DNA of 64,000 nt from an uncultured beta proteobacterium (GTDB lineage: Bacteria > Pseudomonadota > Gammaproteobacteria > Burkholderiales > Casimicrobiaceae): assembly GCA_963741355.1 (NCBI GenBank), contig CAVUIG010000017.1, forward strand, positions 10,022 through 74,021. The letters are read 5' to 3'. The notes beneath the pieces were generated by a model, which did no database searches, was not told where the DNA came from, and saw only the letters and a program-made list of their open reading frames with translations. This document shows, one piece after another, positions 18,181 to 32,602 of the stretch. Within the stretch, counting starts at the first letter, position 1, and each line of letters starts with the position of its first letter. The position numbers were made by a program, and so were the translations under genes.

Positions 18181-18221
18181 AACCCACGCCAAAGGGGAAT
18201 TCGCCTTTGGCGCAGTGGGTT
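18181..18221. promoter_or_regulatory. 41-bp imperfect palindrome centred on GAATTC, upstream of the ATP-grasp operon
   Basis: The sequence is AACCCAC-GCCAAAGGGGAATTCGCCTTTGGC-GCA-GTGGGTT. The inner 24 bp (18188-18211) are self-complementary except for one pair. The outer 7-nt arms pair perfectly across a 3-nt bulge. It could be an operator or a 5'-UTR hairpin. Function is not established. Confidence 0.3.
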
Positions 18222-18296
18222 ACCGGAACGGCCTCACATGCGGTCCCTGCGACCGCCCGTTCAGGGGCGGGATGTGCACTTGGCTGGTGCATTTTC

Positions 18297-18317
18297 TGTC
18301 CATGACATTCATGGACA
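18297..18317. promoter_or_regulatory. perfect 9-bp inverted repeat with a 3-nt spacer
   Basis: TGTCCATGA-CAT-TCATGGACA lies in the divergent region between the ATP-grasp operon and tRNA-Val, just upstream of the putative tRNA promoter -35 box. Confidence 0.3.
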
Positions 18318-18333
18318 AATGCGGGAAATTGGT

Positions 18334-18363
18334 TTGACCCCCCGCTCGGCAGCATGCTTAAAT
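18334..18363 (+). promoter_or_regulatory. putative sigma70-type promoter of tRNA-Val
   Basis: TTGACC (18334-18339), an 18-nt spacer, then TTAAAT (18358-18363). This lies about 24 nt upstream of the mature tRNA 5' end. Confidence 0.4.
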
Positions 18364-18386
18364 CTGGGCTCCTGTCTGGGTTCGCG

Positions 18387-18461
18387 GGGCGGTTAGCTCA
18401 GCGGTAGAGCACTGCCTTCACACGGCAGGGGCCACTGGTTCGATACCAGTACCGCCCACCA
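18387..18461 (+). tRNA. tRNA-Val (anticodon CAC)
   Basis: Hand-folded cloverleaf. Acceptor GGGCGGT/ACCGCCC. D arm GCTC-AGCGGTA-GAGC. Anticodon arm CTGCC-TTCACAC-GGCAG. T arm ACTGG-TTCGATA-CCAGT. Discriminator A plus an encoded CCA. Length 75 nt. Confidence 0.9.
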
Positions 18462-18469
18462 GTCGAATC

Positions 18470-18507
18470 AAGGGGTTGGCCTTAGTGGTCAACCCCTTTC
18501 TTTTTTC
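18470..18507 (+). terminator. rho-independent terminator after tRNA-Val
   Basis: AAGGGGTTGGCC-TTAGT-GGTCAACCCCTT is a 12-bp stem with one mismatch, followed by TCTTTTTTC. Confidence 0.75.
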
Positions 18508-18622
18508 AAGTGCTCGAGATCGCGCTCAGATTCGCGCGGGTTTCGCACAAGTCGCGCACGCGAATTCTTTCATGCACGCATTCGCCACGCATTCGTGCCA
18601 AGAGCCTTTGCGCGCACTGCGC

Positions 18623-19579
18623 TCATCGCTTGGGCCTTCGCGTGCCGCGCGCGACGCGCCGCACGCCCCGCCTGTCGATGCCGGCGACACTGCCCGGCAT
18701 GCGGCACGCCGCGACCGCTTCGCGAATCGCGCGCATCGCGTCCGGCCTCGGAAAGCTTTTCCGATACGCGAGGACGACACGCCGCGTCGGCGTCGGCTGC
18801 GCGAACGGCACCGGCACGACGAGCGCATTGTGGTGCCTCGGCGCCATCGCGTCGCGCGGCAGCACGGACACGCCGAGCCCGGACGCCACCATGTTGCGAA
18901 CGGTCTCGAGCGAGTTGGTCCGCGTCACCTGCGCCTCCGAGCGGTTGAGCTCGGGACAGGCGTCCAGCACCTGGTCGCGAAAGCAGTGGCCGACGTTGAG
19001 CAGGATCGCGTGCTCCGACGCGAGCTCGTCGGCCGCGACGCAGCGGCGCCTGGCCCACGGATGGCCGCGCGGGACGACGATCTCGAACGGCTCCTCGTAG
19101 AGCGGCTCGGTGACAATGCCGGGCGGCGCGAACGGGAGCGCGACGATCGCGGCGTCGATCCGGCCGGCCTTCAGCGCGCCCTCGAGCTCGCGCGTCAGGT
19201 TTTCCTCGATCTCGAGCGGCATCTGCGGCGCGTGCTCGTGCAGCGCGTGGATCAGATCGGGCAGCAGGTACGGCGCGATGGTGAAGATGACGCCGAGCTT
19301 CAGCCGTCCCGCAAGCTGGTCGCGCCCCGCCTGCGCCATTTCCGGAATCCGGGCCGCCTCCTCGAGCACCTTTTGCGCCTGCTCGACCACCCGCGCGCCG
19401 ACTGCGGTGACCGTGATCCGCGCCTTGCCGCGCTCGAACAGCCGCGCGCCGAGCTCCTCCTCGAGCTTCTGGATCGCCACCGACAGCGCGGGCTGGCTGA
19501 CGAAGCATTTCTGCGCCGCGCGGCCGAAGCTCCGCTCGGCCGCGACGGCGACGATGTAGCGGAGCTCGGACAACGTCAT
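18623..19579 (-). CDS. oxyR: LysR-family hydrogen-peroxide-sensing regulator OxyR
   Basis: C-terminal 318 aa of ORF 18623..20452, starting [44 protein letters not shown] (LysR HTH). It contains the redox-Cys region [17 protein letters not shown], equivalent to OxyR C199/C208. Its ATG overlaps the true galU stop (ATGA). Confidence 0.85.
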   Translation of the reverse strand: MTLSELRYIVAVAAERSFGRAAQKCFVSQPALSVAIQKLEEELGARLFERGKARITVTAVGARVVEQAQKVLEEAARIPEMAQAGRDQLAGRLKLGVIFTIAPYLLPDLIHALHEHAPQMPLEIEENLTRELEGALKAGRIDAAIVALPFAPPGIVTEPLYEEPFEIVVPRGHPWARRRCVAADELASEHAILLNVGHCFRDQVLDACPELNRSEAQVTRTNSLETVRNMVASGLGVSVLPRDAMAPRHHNALVVPVPFAQPTPTRRVVLAYRKSFPRPDAMRAIREAVAACRMPGSVAGIDRRGVRRVARGTRRPKR

Positions 19580-20452
19580 TGCGGCAGCTGCTTCTCGCGC
19601 AGGAACCGCGCGAAGGCCGCGGCAAGTCTCGGCATGCTTCAGCCCGAAGTCGACGGTGGCCTCGAGGTAGCCGAGCTTGGTGCCGCAGTCGTAGCGCCGG
19701 CCTTCGAACTCGTATGCGAGCACGCGCTCGTCGCCCAGGAGCCTCGCGATCGCGTCGGTGAGCTGCAGCTCGCCTCCCGCGCCGGGCGGCATCGCGCGCA
19801 GATGCTCGAAGATCTTCGGCGTCAGCACGTAGCGTCCGACCACGGCCAGCGTCGAGAGAGTGGTTCCCGCGGCGGGCTTTTCGACGATGCGCGTCACGGG
19901 TCCGGTGCGTCCCGTCATCACGCCGGTCTCCACCATCCCGTAGTTCGCGGTCTCCTCCGGCGCGACCTGCATCACGCCGATCACCGAGCAGCCTTCATAA
20001 CCCGCGACGGCCGTCATCTGCTGCAGCACGGGCACGCCCGCGTCGATGAGGTCGTCGGCGAGCAGGACCGCGAACGGCTCGTTGCCGACGACCGGCGCGG
20101 CGCACAGCACCGCATGTCCCAAACCAAGCGCCTCGGTCTGGCGGATGTAGATGCAGTTGATGCCCGGCGGCGTTGCCGACTGCGCCGCGCGCAGCAGATC
20201 CGCCTTGTTGCGGGCGGCGAGCTCGGCCTCGAGCTCGTAGGCCTTGTCGAAATGGTCCTCGATCGCGCGCTTGTTGCGGCCGGTGATGAAGATCATGTCG
20301 GTGATGCCCGCCGCGGCGGCTTCCTCGACCGCGTACTGGATCAGCGGCTTGTCGACGACCGGCAGCATTTCCTTGGGGCTCGCCTTCGTGGCCGGGAGGA
20401 AGCGGGTGCCGAGGCCCGCGACGGGAAAGACGGCCTTGGTGATCTTCTGCAT
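19576..20452 (-). CDS. galU: UTP--glucose-1-phosphate uridylyltransferase (one frameshift near the 3' end)
   Basis: Sequence is [45 protein letters not shown]...VEKP.... After ...FGLKHAE the natural ending [16 protein letters not shown] is in the +1 frame (shift at about 19625-19630). This is why the ORF track shows an artificial 609-aa GalU-OxyR fusion. Confidence 0.9.
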
Positions 20453-20473
20453 CGTGTTCCCTTTCGCGCTTTA

Positions 20474-20754
20474 GGAGCCTGTCGGGCCTGATTTCGCGTA
20501 TGCGACGGAGGCGGTTTGGGCGCAGTTCAAGGCGCGAGACCGAGAGCATATCGGGAATATGCCGAGGGCGAGCAACGCAGATCAGGAAATAGGCGCCCAA
20601 AGCGCCCCGTCCTTCGCTTCGGGTTGGCTGCCAAAAAGCGCGTCTGCTTTGTTGCTCGGCTTGCGAAGATTCACGATATTCGCTGCGCCTCGCGCCGCGC
20701 ATCCATCGCTTTTTGGCCCGGCAACGCATACGTGAAATCAGGCCCGACAGGCTC

Positions 20755-20755
<1 letters not shown>
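20474..20755. mobile_element. MITE-like non-autonomous element (31-nt terminal inverted repeats, TA target duplication)
   Basis: The left end is GGAGCCTGTCGGGCCTGATTTCGCGTATGCG (20474-20504). The reverse complement of the right end (20725-20755) is GGAGCCTGTCGGGCCTGATTTCACGTATGCG, a 30/31 match. TA flanks both ends (20472-73 and 20756-57). The interior (~220 bp) is partly self-complementary and has no credible ORF. Confidence 0.65.
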
Positions 20756-24049
<3,294 letters not shown>

Positions 24050-24218
24050 GCGCGATCGCCCCGGCCGAGGGCGGCGGGAGTCCGCCAGGAAATGCGAAGT
24101 ACGAAGGACGAGGCGGCCATCGCGTCGATTATAGCGAATGCGTGATGCATCGGCTGCGGCTATCCGTCCCGCCGTGACGCCCTTCGGACCCGAGTGCGGT
24201 CAGCGGTGCGCGGAACCG

Positions 24219-27200
24219 TCAGGCGGCGGCGACGCCCGAGTCGGCGAGCTCGAGCGCTTCGGCGATGTCGACGGCAACGACGTGCGACACCCCGGGGTCC
24301 GGCATGGTGATGCCGATGAGCTGGTTGGCCATCTCCATCGTGATCTTGTTGTGCGAGATGAACAGGAACTGCGTCTGCGCCGACATCGCCTTCACCATCC
24401 GGCAGAACCGGTCGGTGTTGGGATCGTCGAGCGGAGCGTCGACTTCGTCCAGCAGGCAGAACGGCGCCGGATTGAGCTGGAACAGCGCGAACACCAGCGA
24501 GATCGCGGTCAGGGCCTTCTCGCCGCCCGACAGCAAATGGATCGACGAGTTGCGTTTGCCCGGCGGCTGCGCGACCACTTGCACGCCGGAATCGAGAATC
24601 TCCTCGCCGGTGAGGACGAGCTTCGCCTGCCCGCCGCCGAAAAGCGCGGGGAAGAGACGTGCAAAATTTACATTGACCGCCTCGAACGTCTGCTGCAGCA
24701 GCTGACGCGATTCGCGATCGATCTGGCGGATCGCGTTCTCGAGCGTTCCCATCGCCTCGGTGAGGTCGGCCGCCTGCGCGTCGAGGTATTGCTTGCGCTC
24801 GGTGGCGATGCCGAGCTCGTCCAGTGCCGCGAGGTTGACGGCGCCGAACGACGCGATCAGCCCCTGCAGCCGCTCGATCTCGGGGGCGAGTCCCGACTTG
24901 TTGCCGAATGCCTTCAGTCGCTCGGCGATTCCTTCGAGCATCGCATGCGCCTCGGCCAGCTGCTCGGCATACTGCTGCGCCTGCAGCACGGCGGCCTGTT
25001 CCTTGAGGCGAGTCTCCTCGATCTTGGCGCGCGCCGGCTCGAGCTTCTGCTCGCAGGTCATCCGCGCTTCCTCGGCGGCGCGAAGATCCGTGCCGAGCGT
25101 CTCCAGGCGGTCGCGCGCCGCCGCAAGCGCCTGCTCCGCAGCCGCGCGTACGGCGAGCTGGCGCTGCAGCGCCTCCTCGACCGGAGTCCAGTCGACCGCC
25201 GCGCGCTCGGACGTGAGCTGCGTCAAGAGCTCGCGCTGTTGCGCCGTCTGCGCCGCGAGCGTCTCGCCGCGAAGCGCGAGCTCGGCGATGCGGTCGCGGC
25301 AGCTCCGCTCGGCGAACGCGGCCTCCTGCGCGGCCCGTTCCGCGATGCGCGCGCGCTCGCGGCCGCGGGCCAGCGCGACGTCGGCTTCGTTGCGCGTGTG
25401 GCGCACCGCGTCGCGCTTCGTCATTTCCTCGCCGAGCTGCGCGGCGGCCGCGGCCTGCTCGGCATCGAACGAGCGCGCCTGCTCACGCTCGGCGCCCTCC
25501 TGTGCGGCGATTTCCGCATGCTCGGCCGCGATCTGCTGGCGCCGCTTTTCCGCGGCTTCGGCGGCCTTGCGAAGCTGCAGCAGCTCCAGCTCGAGGTCGT
25601 GGCAGCGCCGCTGCTGCGACGTGAACGCGAGGCTCTCGGCGTGGTATTGGGTCTGCGCCTCGTCCTGCTCGGTCTCGAGCGCGGCGAGCGCCGCGCGCGC
25701 CGTGGCGGCGCCCTCGCGCGCTCCGCTGATCGCGGGGCCGAGCTCCGCGAGCTCGCGCTGCCGCGCGAGCACTCCGTGGAGCTCGCTGTCGGGCGCGAAG
25801 AAGGCGATGGCATGCGCATTGACGACGTGACCGTGCGGCGTCACGAAGGCTTCGCCCTGCTGCAGGTCACCGCGCGCGCGGAGCGCCTCGGCCAGCGTCG
25901 GACGGCAGCGGATGCCGCGCAGCCAGTCGGCGAGAAGGCGCGCGATGCCTGGCTGCGCCGATTTCACCTTGGCGAGCAATGCATCGGCCCCGCCCGGTGC
26001 CGGATTCGCCGCGCCGCCGCTGTCGCGCGCGTACGCCGCGATGCGGCCGGGCAATCCGTTGCCACCCTTGTCGGCCGCGCCCGCCGCGTCGCCGATCCAC
26101 GCGAGTGCCGCGTCGAGCCGGTCGAGCTCGATCGCATTGAGCCGCTCGCGCAGCACGCTTTCCAGCGCATCCTCCCAGCCGGGCTCGATGTCGAGGCCCT
26201 GCCAGAGACGACGCGCGTGCGTGAGCCCCTTCCCCGCGAGCCACGCCGCGCTGTCCTTGCCGTAGCCGATGGCGTCCTGCAGCGCCGCGAGCGCCGACGC
26301 CCGCGCCTCGAGGTCGGCGAGCCGCCGGCCCGCGGCCTGCGCGGCCTCGCTCTCGACACGCTGCCGCTCCTGCAGGTCCTGGACCGTGTCGCGCAGCGCA
26401 TTCAGGCTCGACTCGTTGGTCGCGAGCTCCGCCTTTTCCTGGCGCAGCTGTTCCTCGACGTCGGCGACCTGTCCCGTGACCGAGGTCGACAGCGTGGAGA
26501 GCTCCGCATCGAGGCGCTCGCGACGCTCCTGATGTTGGGCGAGCACGCGTGCCACGTGCTCGCGCCGCGTCTCGACCACGCGGATCGACTGCTCGATCAG
26601 AGCGATCTGCTGTTGCGCGTCGTTGGCGAGGCGCGTCGCCTCGGCGACCGCGGCCTCGAGCGCGGGCAGCGCGTCCGCGGCGCCCGATTCCTCCGCGGCC
26701 GCGGCCTCGCGGGCCGTCAGCGCCGCCTCGAGCGAGCGTTCCGCCGCCGCCTGATCCCCGGCGAGCGCGGCTTCCTGCCCCGCGAGCGCCTCGATCTGCG
26801 CGGTCAGCTGGCCGACTTCGCGGGCGATCCGCGTTTCGGATTCGCGCGCGAATGCGAGCTGCTGCTCCAGCCGCGTGACCTCGGAATTGGCGGCGTAGAA
26901 GCCGCCCTGCTTCTCGTGCAGCGCGTCGCCCGCGGTGTAGTGCTCGGCGCGCAGCGCCTCCTGCCGCGCTTCCGCCGCGCGCACTTCCGCCTGCACGCCC
27001 TCGAAGGCGGCGACCTGCACGGCCACCGCGCCGGCGTGGCGCTCGCGCGCATTGTCGGCGTCCTGCTGCTTCGAGAACCAGAGGAGGTGCTGGACGTCCT
27101 TCAGCCGCGCCTCGTGCTCCTTGTATTCGGCCGCGACCTTGGCCTGCGCGTCGAGCTTCTCGAGCTGGGCGCCCAGCTCGATGCGGATGTCCTCGACGCG

Positions 27201-27777
27201 TGCGAGGTTCTCGCGCGTGTCAGCGAGCCGGCCTTCGGTTTCCTTGCGCCGCTCCTTGTACTTCGAGACGCCGGCGGCCTCCTCGAGGAAGATGCGCAGC
27301 TCTTCGGGCTTCGCCTCGATGACGCGCGAGATCATCCCCTGCTCGATGATCGCGTACGCGCGGGGGCCGAGGCCGGTGCCGAGGAAGAGGTCGTGGATGT
27401 CGCGCCGGCGCACCGGGATGTTGTTGATGTAGTAGGTCGAATCGCCGTCGCGCGTCAGCACGCGCTTGATCGACAGCTCGGCGAACTGGCCCCACTGGCC
27501 GCCGATGCGTCCGCTGCTGTTGTCGAACGCGAGCTCGACCGAGGCGCGGCCGACGCGGCTTGCGGTCCCCGGCGCCGTTGAAGATCACGTCCTGCATCGA
27601 CTCGCCGCGCAGCGCCGAGGCCTTCGACTCGCCCAGCACCCAGCGCACGGCGTCGATGACGTTGGACTTGCCGCAGCCGTTCGGACCGACGATGCCGACG
27701 AGCTGACCGGGCGTGCCGATCGCCGTCGGATCGACGAACGACTTGAAGCCCGCGAGCTTGATCTGGACGAGGCGCAA
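24219..27777 (-). CDS. smc: chromosome segregation protein SMC (one frameshift in this sequence)
   Basis: The N-terminus [74 protein letters not shown] is ORF 27220..27777. It continues as [45 protein letters not shown]... in ORF 24219..27461 after a 1-nt shift at about 27553-27560. Long coiled coils follow, and the C-terminus carries [18 protein letters not shown]...LDEVDAPLD. Confidence 0.9.
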
Positions 27778-27930
27778 TTGAATCGACGGCCGTGCGTTGC
27801 GAGGTCCGCGGCGCAGGCCACGGCGTGGGGCGCCGCCGGCTCTCCTGCCGGCGCCGCAAAAACAGAAATTATAGCCGATCCGCGCGTTCCGCCGGGCGCC
27901 GCGGGCGCGCGCAACGGCCGCGCCGGGGCG

Positions 27931-28959
<1,029 letters not shown>

Positions 28960-28966
28960 CGGGGTG

Positions 28967-29998
28967 TCACCCGGTCGCGCGCTGCGCGACCCAGCATGCG
29001 GCGCGAGTGCTTTCGATGACGGCGAGCTCGGGACGTTCGCGGCGACAGCGGTCCACGGCCAGCGGACAGCGCGGATGAAAAGCACATCCGGACGGTATCG
29101 CGTCGAGCCGCGGCATCGCGCCGTCGATCTGCGCCAGACGCTCGCGCTCGGCCGCGATCGACGGGATCGATCCCATGAGCCCCGCCGTGTACGGATGCGC
29201 AGGCCGGTGGATCACCGCCTCGACCGGACCGATCTCGACGATGCGTCCGGCATACATCACCGCCACGCGATCGGCCGTCTCGGCGATCACGCCCATGTCG
29301 TGCGTGATCAGCATCACCGCGGTGTGATGGTCGCGGGCGAGCCGCTTCAGGAGCTGAATGATCTGCGCCTGGATCGAGACGTCGAGCGCAGTCGTAGGCT
29401 CGTCCGCGACGATGAGGCGCGGCTTGGCCGCGAGCGCGAGCGCGATGACCACGCGCTGGCGCATCCCGCCGGAGAATTGATGCGGGTAGTGGTCGATGCG
29501 CCGCGCCGCGCCGTGGATGCCGACCTCCTCGAGCAGCGCGACGGCGCGGTCGTGGGCCTCGCTCGTGCTCACCGGCAAGTGCGTCGCGATCGTCTCGATC
29601 AACTGGCGGCCGATCGTGTAGAGCGGATTGAGCGAGGTCAGCGGGTCCTGGAAGATCGCGCCGATCTCGCGGCCGCGCACCTTGCGCATTTCGTTCGGAC
29701 CGAGGTTGTCGATCCGTCGTCCGCCCAGCCGGATCTCGCCGGCCGCGATGCGCCCGGGCGGGTCGATGAGGCCGATGATCGCCGCGCCGGTCTGCGATTT
29801 TCCCGCGCCCGACTCGCCGACCACACCCAGCACCTCTCCGGGGGCGATGGAAAACGAAATGTCCTGCACCGCCACCAGCGTCCGGTGCCGCGTCGGGAAT
29901 TCCACCCGCAGGCCTTCGACGCTGAGGAGCGGACCGTCGAACGATGGCCGCGAGTCCCGTTCTGCCGCGGCGGCGGGCATGGCCATCGTCCCGCTCAT
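28967..29998 (-). CDS. peptide ABC transporter ATP-binding protein (DppD/OppD-like)
   Basis: Starts at an internal ATG of ORF 28967..30100. Sequence is MSGTMAMP...[11 protein letters not shown]...[12 protein letters not shown]...[15 protein letters not shown]...[11 protein letters not shown]...[15 protein letters not shown]. The start overlaps the upstream permease stop. Confidence 0.85.
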   Translation of the reverse strand: MSGTMAMPAAAAERDSRPSFDGPLLSVEGLRVEFPTRHRTLVAVQDISFSIAPGEVLGVVGESGAGKSQTGAAIIGLIDPPGRIAAGEIRLGGRRIDNLGPNEMRKVRGREIGAIFQDPLTSLNPLYTIGRQLIETIATHLPVSTSEAHDRAVALLEEVGIHGAARRIDHYPHQFSGGMRQRVVIALALAAKPRLIVADEPTTALDVSIQAQIIQLLKRLARDHHTAVMLITHDMGVIAETADRVAVMYAGRIVEIGPVEAVIHRPAHPYTAGLMGSIPSIAAERERLAQIDGAMPRLDAIPSGCAFHPRCPLAVDRCRRERPELAVIESTRAACWVAQRATG

Positions 29999-30948
29999 TG
30001 CAGCTTCGGATTGAGCGCGTCGCGCAGCCAATCGCCGACCAGGTTGATCGCCAGCACCATGATCACCAGCGCGGCACCCGGAAAGATGGTGATCCACCAT
30101 TCGCCGGAGAAGAGGAAATCGTTGCCGACGCGGATCAGCGTTCCGAGCGAAGGCTGCGTCGGCGGGACGCCCACGCCAAGGAACGACAGCGTCGCCTCGG
30201 TGATGATCGCGGTGGCGATGTTGAGCGTCGCCAGCACGAGGACCGGGCCCATCACGTTCGGCAGCAGGTGCCGGCGCATGATCTTGAGCGGCGTGATGCC
30301 GATCACCCGCGCCGCCTGCACGTATTCCTTGGTCTTCTCGACCATCGTCGAGCCGCGGACGGTGCGCGCATATTGCACCCAGTTGGCGAGCCCGATCGCC
30401 AGGACCAGCACCGCCAGCGCAACGCCGGTCTGCGCATCGCGCGGCAGCACGGCGCGCGCGACGCCGTCGATCAGGAGGGCGATCAGGATCGCAGGAAACG
30501 AGAGCTGGACGTCGGCGATGCGCATGATGATGGCGTCGACCTTGCCGCCGACGTACCCCGCGATGAGCCCCAGCGTCACGCCGAGAAGCATCGCGAACGC
30601 CACCGACGCCAGGCCGACGAGCAGCGAGATGCGCGCGCCGAACATGATCGCCGACAGCACGTCACGCCCCTGGTCGTCGGTGCCGAGCAGGAACCCCGTT
30701 CGGCCGCCCTGCTCCCATGCGGGCGGCGTCAGCGCGTCCTGCAGGTTCAGCGTCTTGAGATCGAACGGATTGTGCGGCGCGACCCAGGGTGCGAAGAATG
30801 CCGCGACGAGGCAAATCAGCAGCGCGATCGTGGAAGCCACCGCGACCGGGTTCCGGCGGAAGCTGTAGAGAATGTCGCTCTTCCAAGCCGCCGACAGGCG
30901 CGCCCCGCTTGCGCCGGTCACATCGGCGACGGAGACCGGATCCGTCAT
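29995..30948 (-). CDS. peptide ABC transporter permease (DppC/OppC-like)
   Basis: ORF 29995..30948 (317 aa), intact. It carries LLGTDDQGRDVLSAIMFGARISL and an EAA-type loop YVQAARVIGITPLKIMRRHLLPNV. Confidence 0.85.
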   Translation of the reverse strand: MTDPVSVADVTGASGARLSAAWKSDILYSFRRNPVAVASTIALLICLVAAFFAPWVAPHNPFDLKTLNLQDALTPPAWEQGGRTGFLLGTDDQGRDVLSAIMFGARISLLVGLASVAFAMLLGVTLGLIAGYVGGKVDAIIMRIADVQLSFPAILIALLIDGVARAVLPRDAQTGVALAVLVLAIGLANWVQYARTVRGSTMVEKTKEYVQAARVIGITPLKIMRRHLLPNVMGPVLVLATLNIATAIITEATLSFLGVGVPPTQPSLGTLIRVGNDFLFSGEWWITIFPGAALVIMVLAINLVGDWLRDALNPKLQ

Positions 30949-30994
30949 GCGCGCGAATCCGTCATCGTTGCCGTCGTCCCGTGCCCGGATCGGC

Positions 30995-32572
30995 TCACTT
31001 CACGACGACCCACTTGAGCCAGTTGTTGTTGTCGGCGAGCTGCACCAGCGAGACGTTCTTGCGCATCGCCCATGCGAGCGCCTGCTGGTGCAGCGGCAGG
31101 TGGCCCACGTCGTCGCTGTGCAGCTTGAACGCCTCGGCGATCAGCGCGTTGCGCTTCCCTTCGTCGAGCTCGCTCGCGATCTGCGGCCCCAGCGCGTCGA
31201 TGCGCTTGTTGCTGTAGCTGCCGAGGTTGAACTGGCCCTGGCCGCTGGCCCCGGGGCTCATCACCAGCGCGAACAGCGCGTTGTGCGAATCGTACGAGCT
31301 CGGCGTCCAGCCCAGCAGGTAGAACGACGTGTTGCGCGAGAGGATCTTCGGAAAGTAGGTGACCTTGGTCTCGGCCATCAGGTTCACCTTGACGTCGATC
31401 TTCGCCAGCATCGCCGCGATGGCCTGGCAGATCAGCGAGTCGTTGACGTAGCGGTCATTGGGGCAGTTCATCCCGATCTCGAAGCCGTCGGGATAGCCGG
31501 CCTCGACCATCAGTTTCTTCGCCGCCGCGGGATCGTAGGGCAGCCGCTTGTTGAGATCGCCCGAAAATCCGCGGATGCCCGGCGCCACCATCAGGTTGGT
31601 GGGCGTCGCCGCTCCGCGCATGATCCGCGCGCGAATCGCATCGATGTCGATCGCCTGGTAGAACGCCTGCCGGACCCGCTTGTCCTTGAACGGGTTCTTG
31701 CCCTTGACGCTGGAGAACAGGAGCTCGTCGCGCGACTGGTCCATGCCGAGGAAGATCGTGCGGAGCTCGGGTCCCTGCAGGATCACGAGGTCGCCGTTGG
31801 CCTTGAGCTTCTCGATGTCCTGCAGCGGCACCGGCTCCATCATGTCGATCTCGCCGGTGATGAGCGCCGCCACCCGCGTCGCGTCGTTCTTGATCGGCGT
31901 GAACACCGCCTCGGTGACGTTGCTCTCGACCTTCTCCCAGTAGTTCGGGTTGTTGACGAGCACGGTCTTCACACCCGGCTCGCGCGTCTTCAGCATGAAG
32001 GGCCCGGTGCCGTTCGCCTTCATCGTCGCGGCGTTCTCCTTGCCCTTGCGCACGTCGACCGGCGTGGTGGCGTTGTTCTTCTCGCACCACGCCTTGCTCA
32101 TCATGTACCAGGAGTTGATCGTGTCCGGCAGGATGGGGAACGGCTCGGTCGTCACAATGTCGATGGTGAAGTCGTCGACCTTGCGGATCTCCTTGATCGG
32201 CCCGACGTAGGTCTTGACGTCGGAACCTTCGCCCTTGCCGCGCTCGTACGAAAAGATCACGTCGTCGGCCGTGAAGGGCGAGCCGTCGTGGAACTTGACG
32301 CCCTTGCGGAGGTTGAAGCGCCACAGCGTGGGCGCCGTCTGCTTCCACGACGTCGCGAGCAGCGGAATGAGCTCGAGCTTCTTGCCGCGTCCGACCAGCG
32401 GCTCGTAGATGTTGCCGGTGACATTGAGCTGCAGCGTCTCGTTCAGCGAGTGCGGATCCATCGAGATCGCGTCGCCCTGGTCGGCGAAGCGCAGCACCGC
32501 CGCGCCGGCTCCCGTGGCAAACAGCAGTCCGGCGACGAGTGCGGCCGCGGCCGCGCGTTTCATTGCAATCAT
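30995..32572 (-). CDS. ABC transporter substrate-binding protein, family 5 (peptide/nickel type)
   Basis: ORF 30995..32584, intact. The likely start is the ATG after GGAGGA (MIAMKRAAAAALVAGLLFATGAGA = signal peptide). It carries NIYEPLV, KGVKFHDGSPFTADDV and GTGPFML. Confidence 0.85.
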   Translation of the reverse strand: MIAMKRAAAAALVAGLLFATGAGAAVLRFADQGDAISMDPHSLNETLQLNVTGNIYEPLVGRGKKLELIPLLATSWKQTAPTLWRFNLRKGVKFHDGSPFTADDVIFSYERGKGEGSDVKTYVGPIKEIRKVDDFTIDIVTTEPFPILPDTINSWYMMSKAWCEKNNATTPVDVRKGKENAATMKANGTGPFMLKTREPGVKTVLVNNPNYWEKVESNVTEAVFTPIKNDATRVAALITGEIDMMEPVPLQDIEKLKANGDLVILQGPELRTIFLGMDQSRDELLFSSVKGKNPFKDKRVRQAFYQAIDIDAIRARIMRGAATPTNLMVAPGIRGFSGDLNKRLPYDPAAAKKLMVEAGYPDGFEIGMNCPNDRYVNDSLICQAIAAMLAKIDVKVNLMAETKVTYFPKILSRNTSFYLLGWTPSSYDSHNALFALVMSPGASGQGQFNLGSYSNKRIDALGPQIASELDEGKRNALIAEAFKLHSDDVGHLPLHQQALAWAMRKNVSLVQLADNNNWLKWVVVK

Positions 32573-32602
32573 TCTTTCCTCCAAGGAGTCGCTCGACCCC
32601 GT

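Noticed and set aside
18623-20452. A 609-aa ORF that looks like a GalU-OxyR fusion protein.
   Set aside because: The natural GalU C-terminus ([16 protein letters not shown]) is present in the +1 frame and its TGA overlaps the oxyR ATG (ATGA). A single indel at about 19625-19630 creates the apparent fusion.
24138-27581. A 1147-aa plus-strand ORF. Similar very long ORFs include 5059..7185, 8471..10324, 9930..11795, 14170..15750, 18476..20491, 28595..30868 and 30872..32884.
   Set aside because: They lie antisense to, or out of frame with, clearly recognisable genes (smc, eno/ftsB, pyrG, gltX and others). Their Arg/Ala/Gly/Pro-rich low-complexity translations are typical of shadow ORFs in high-GC DNA, and they carry no recognisable motifs.
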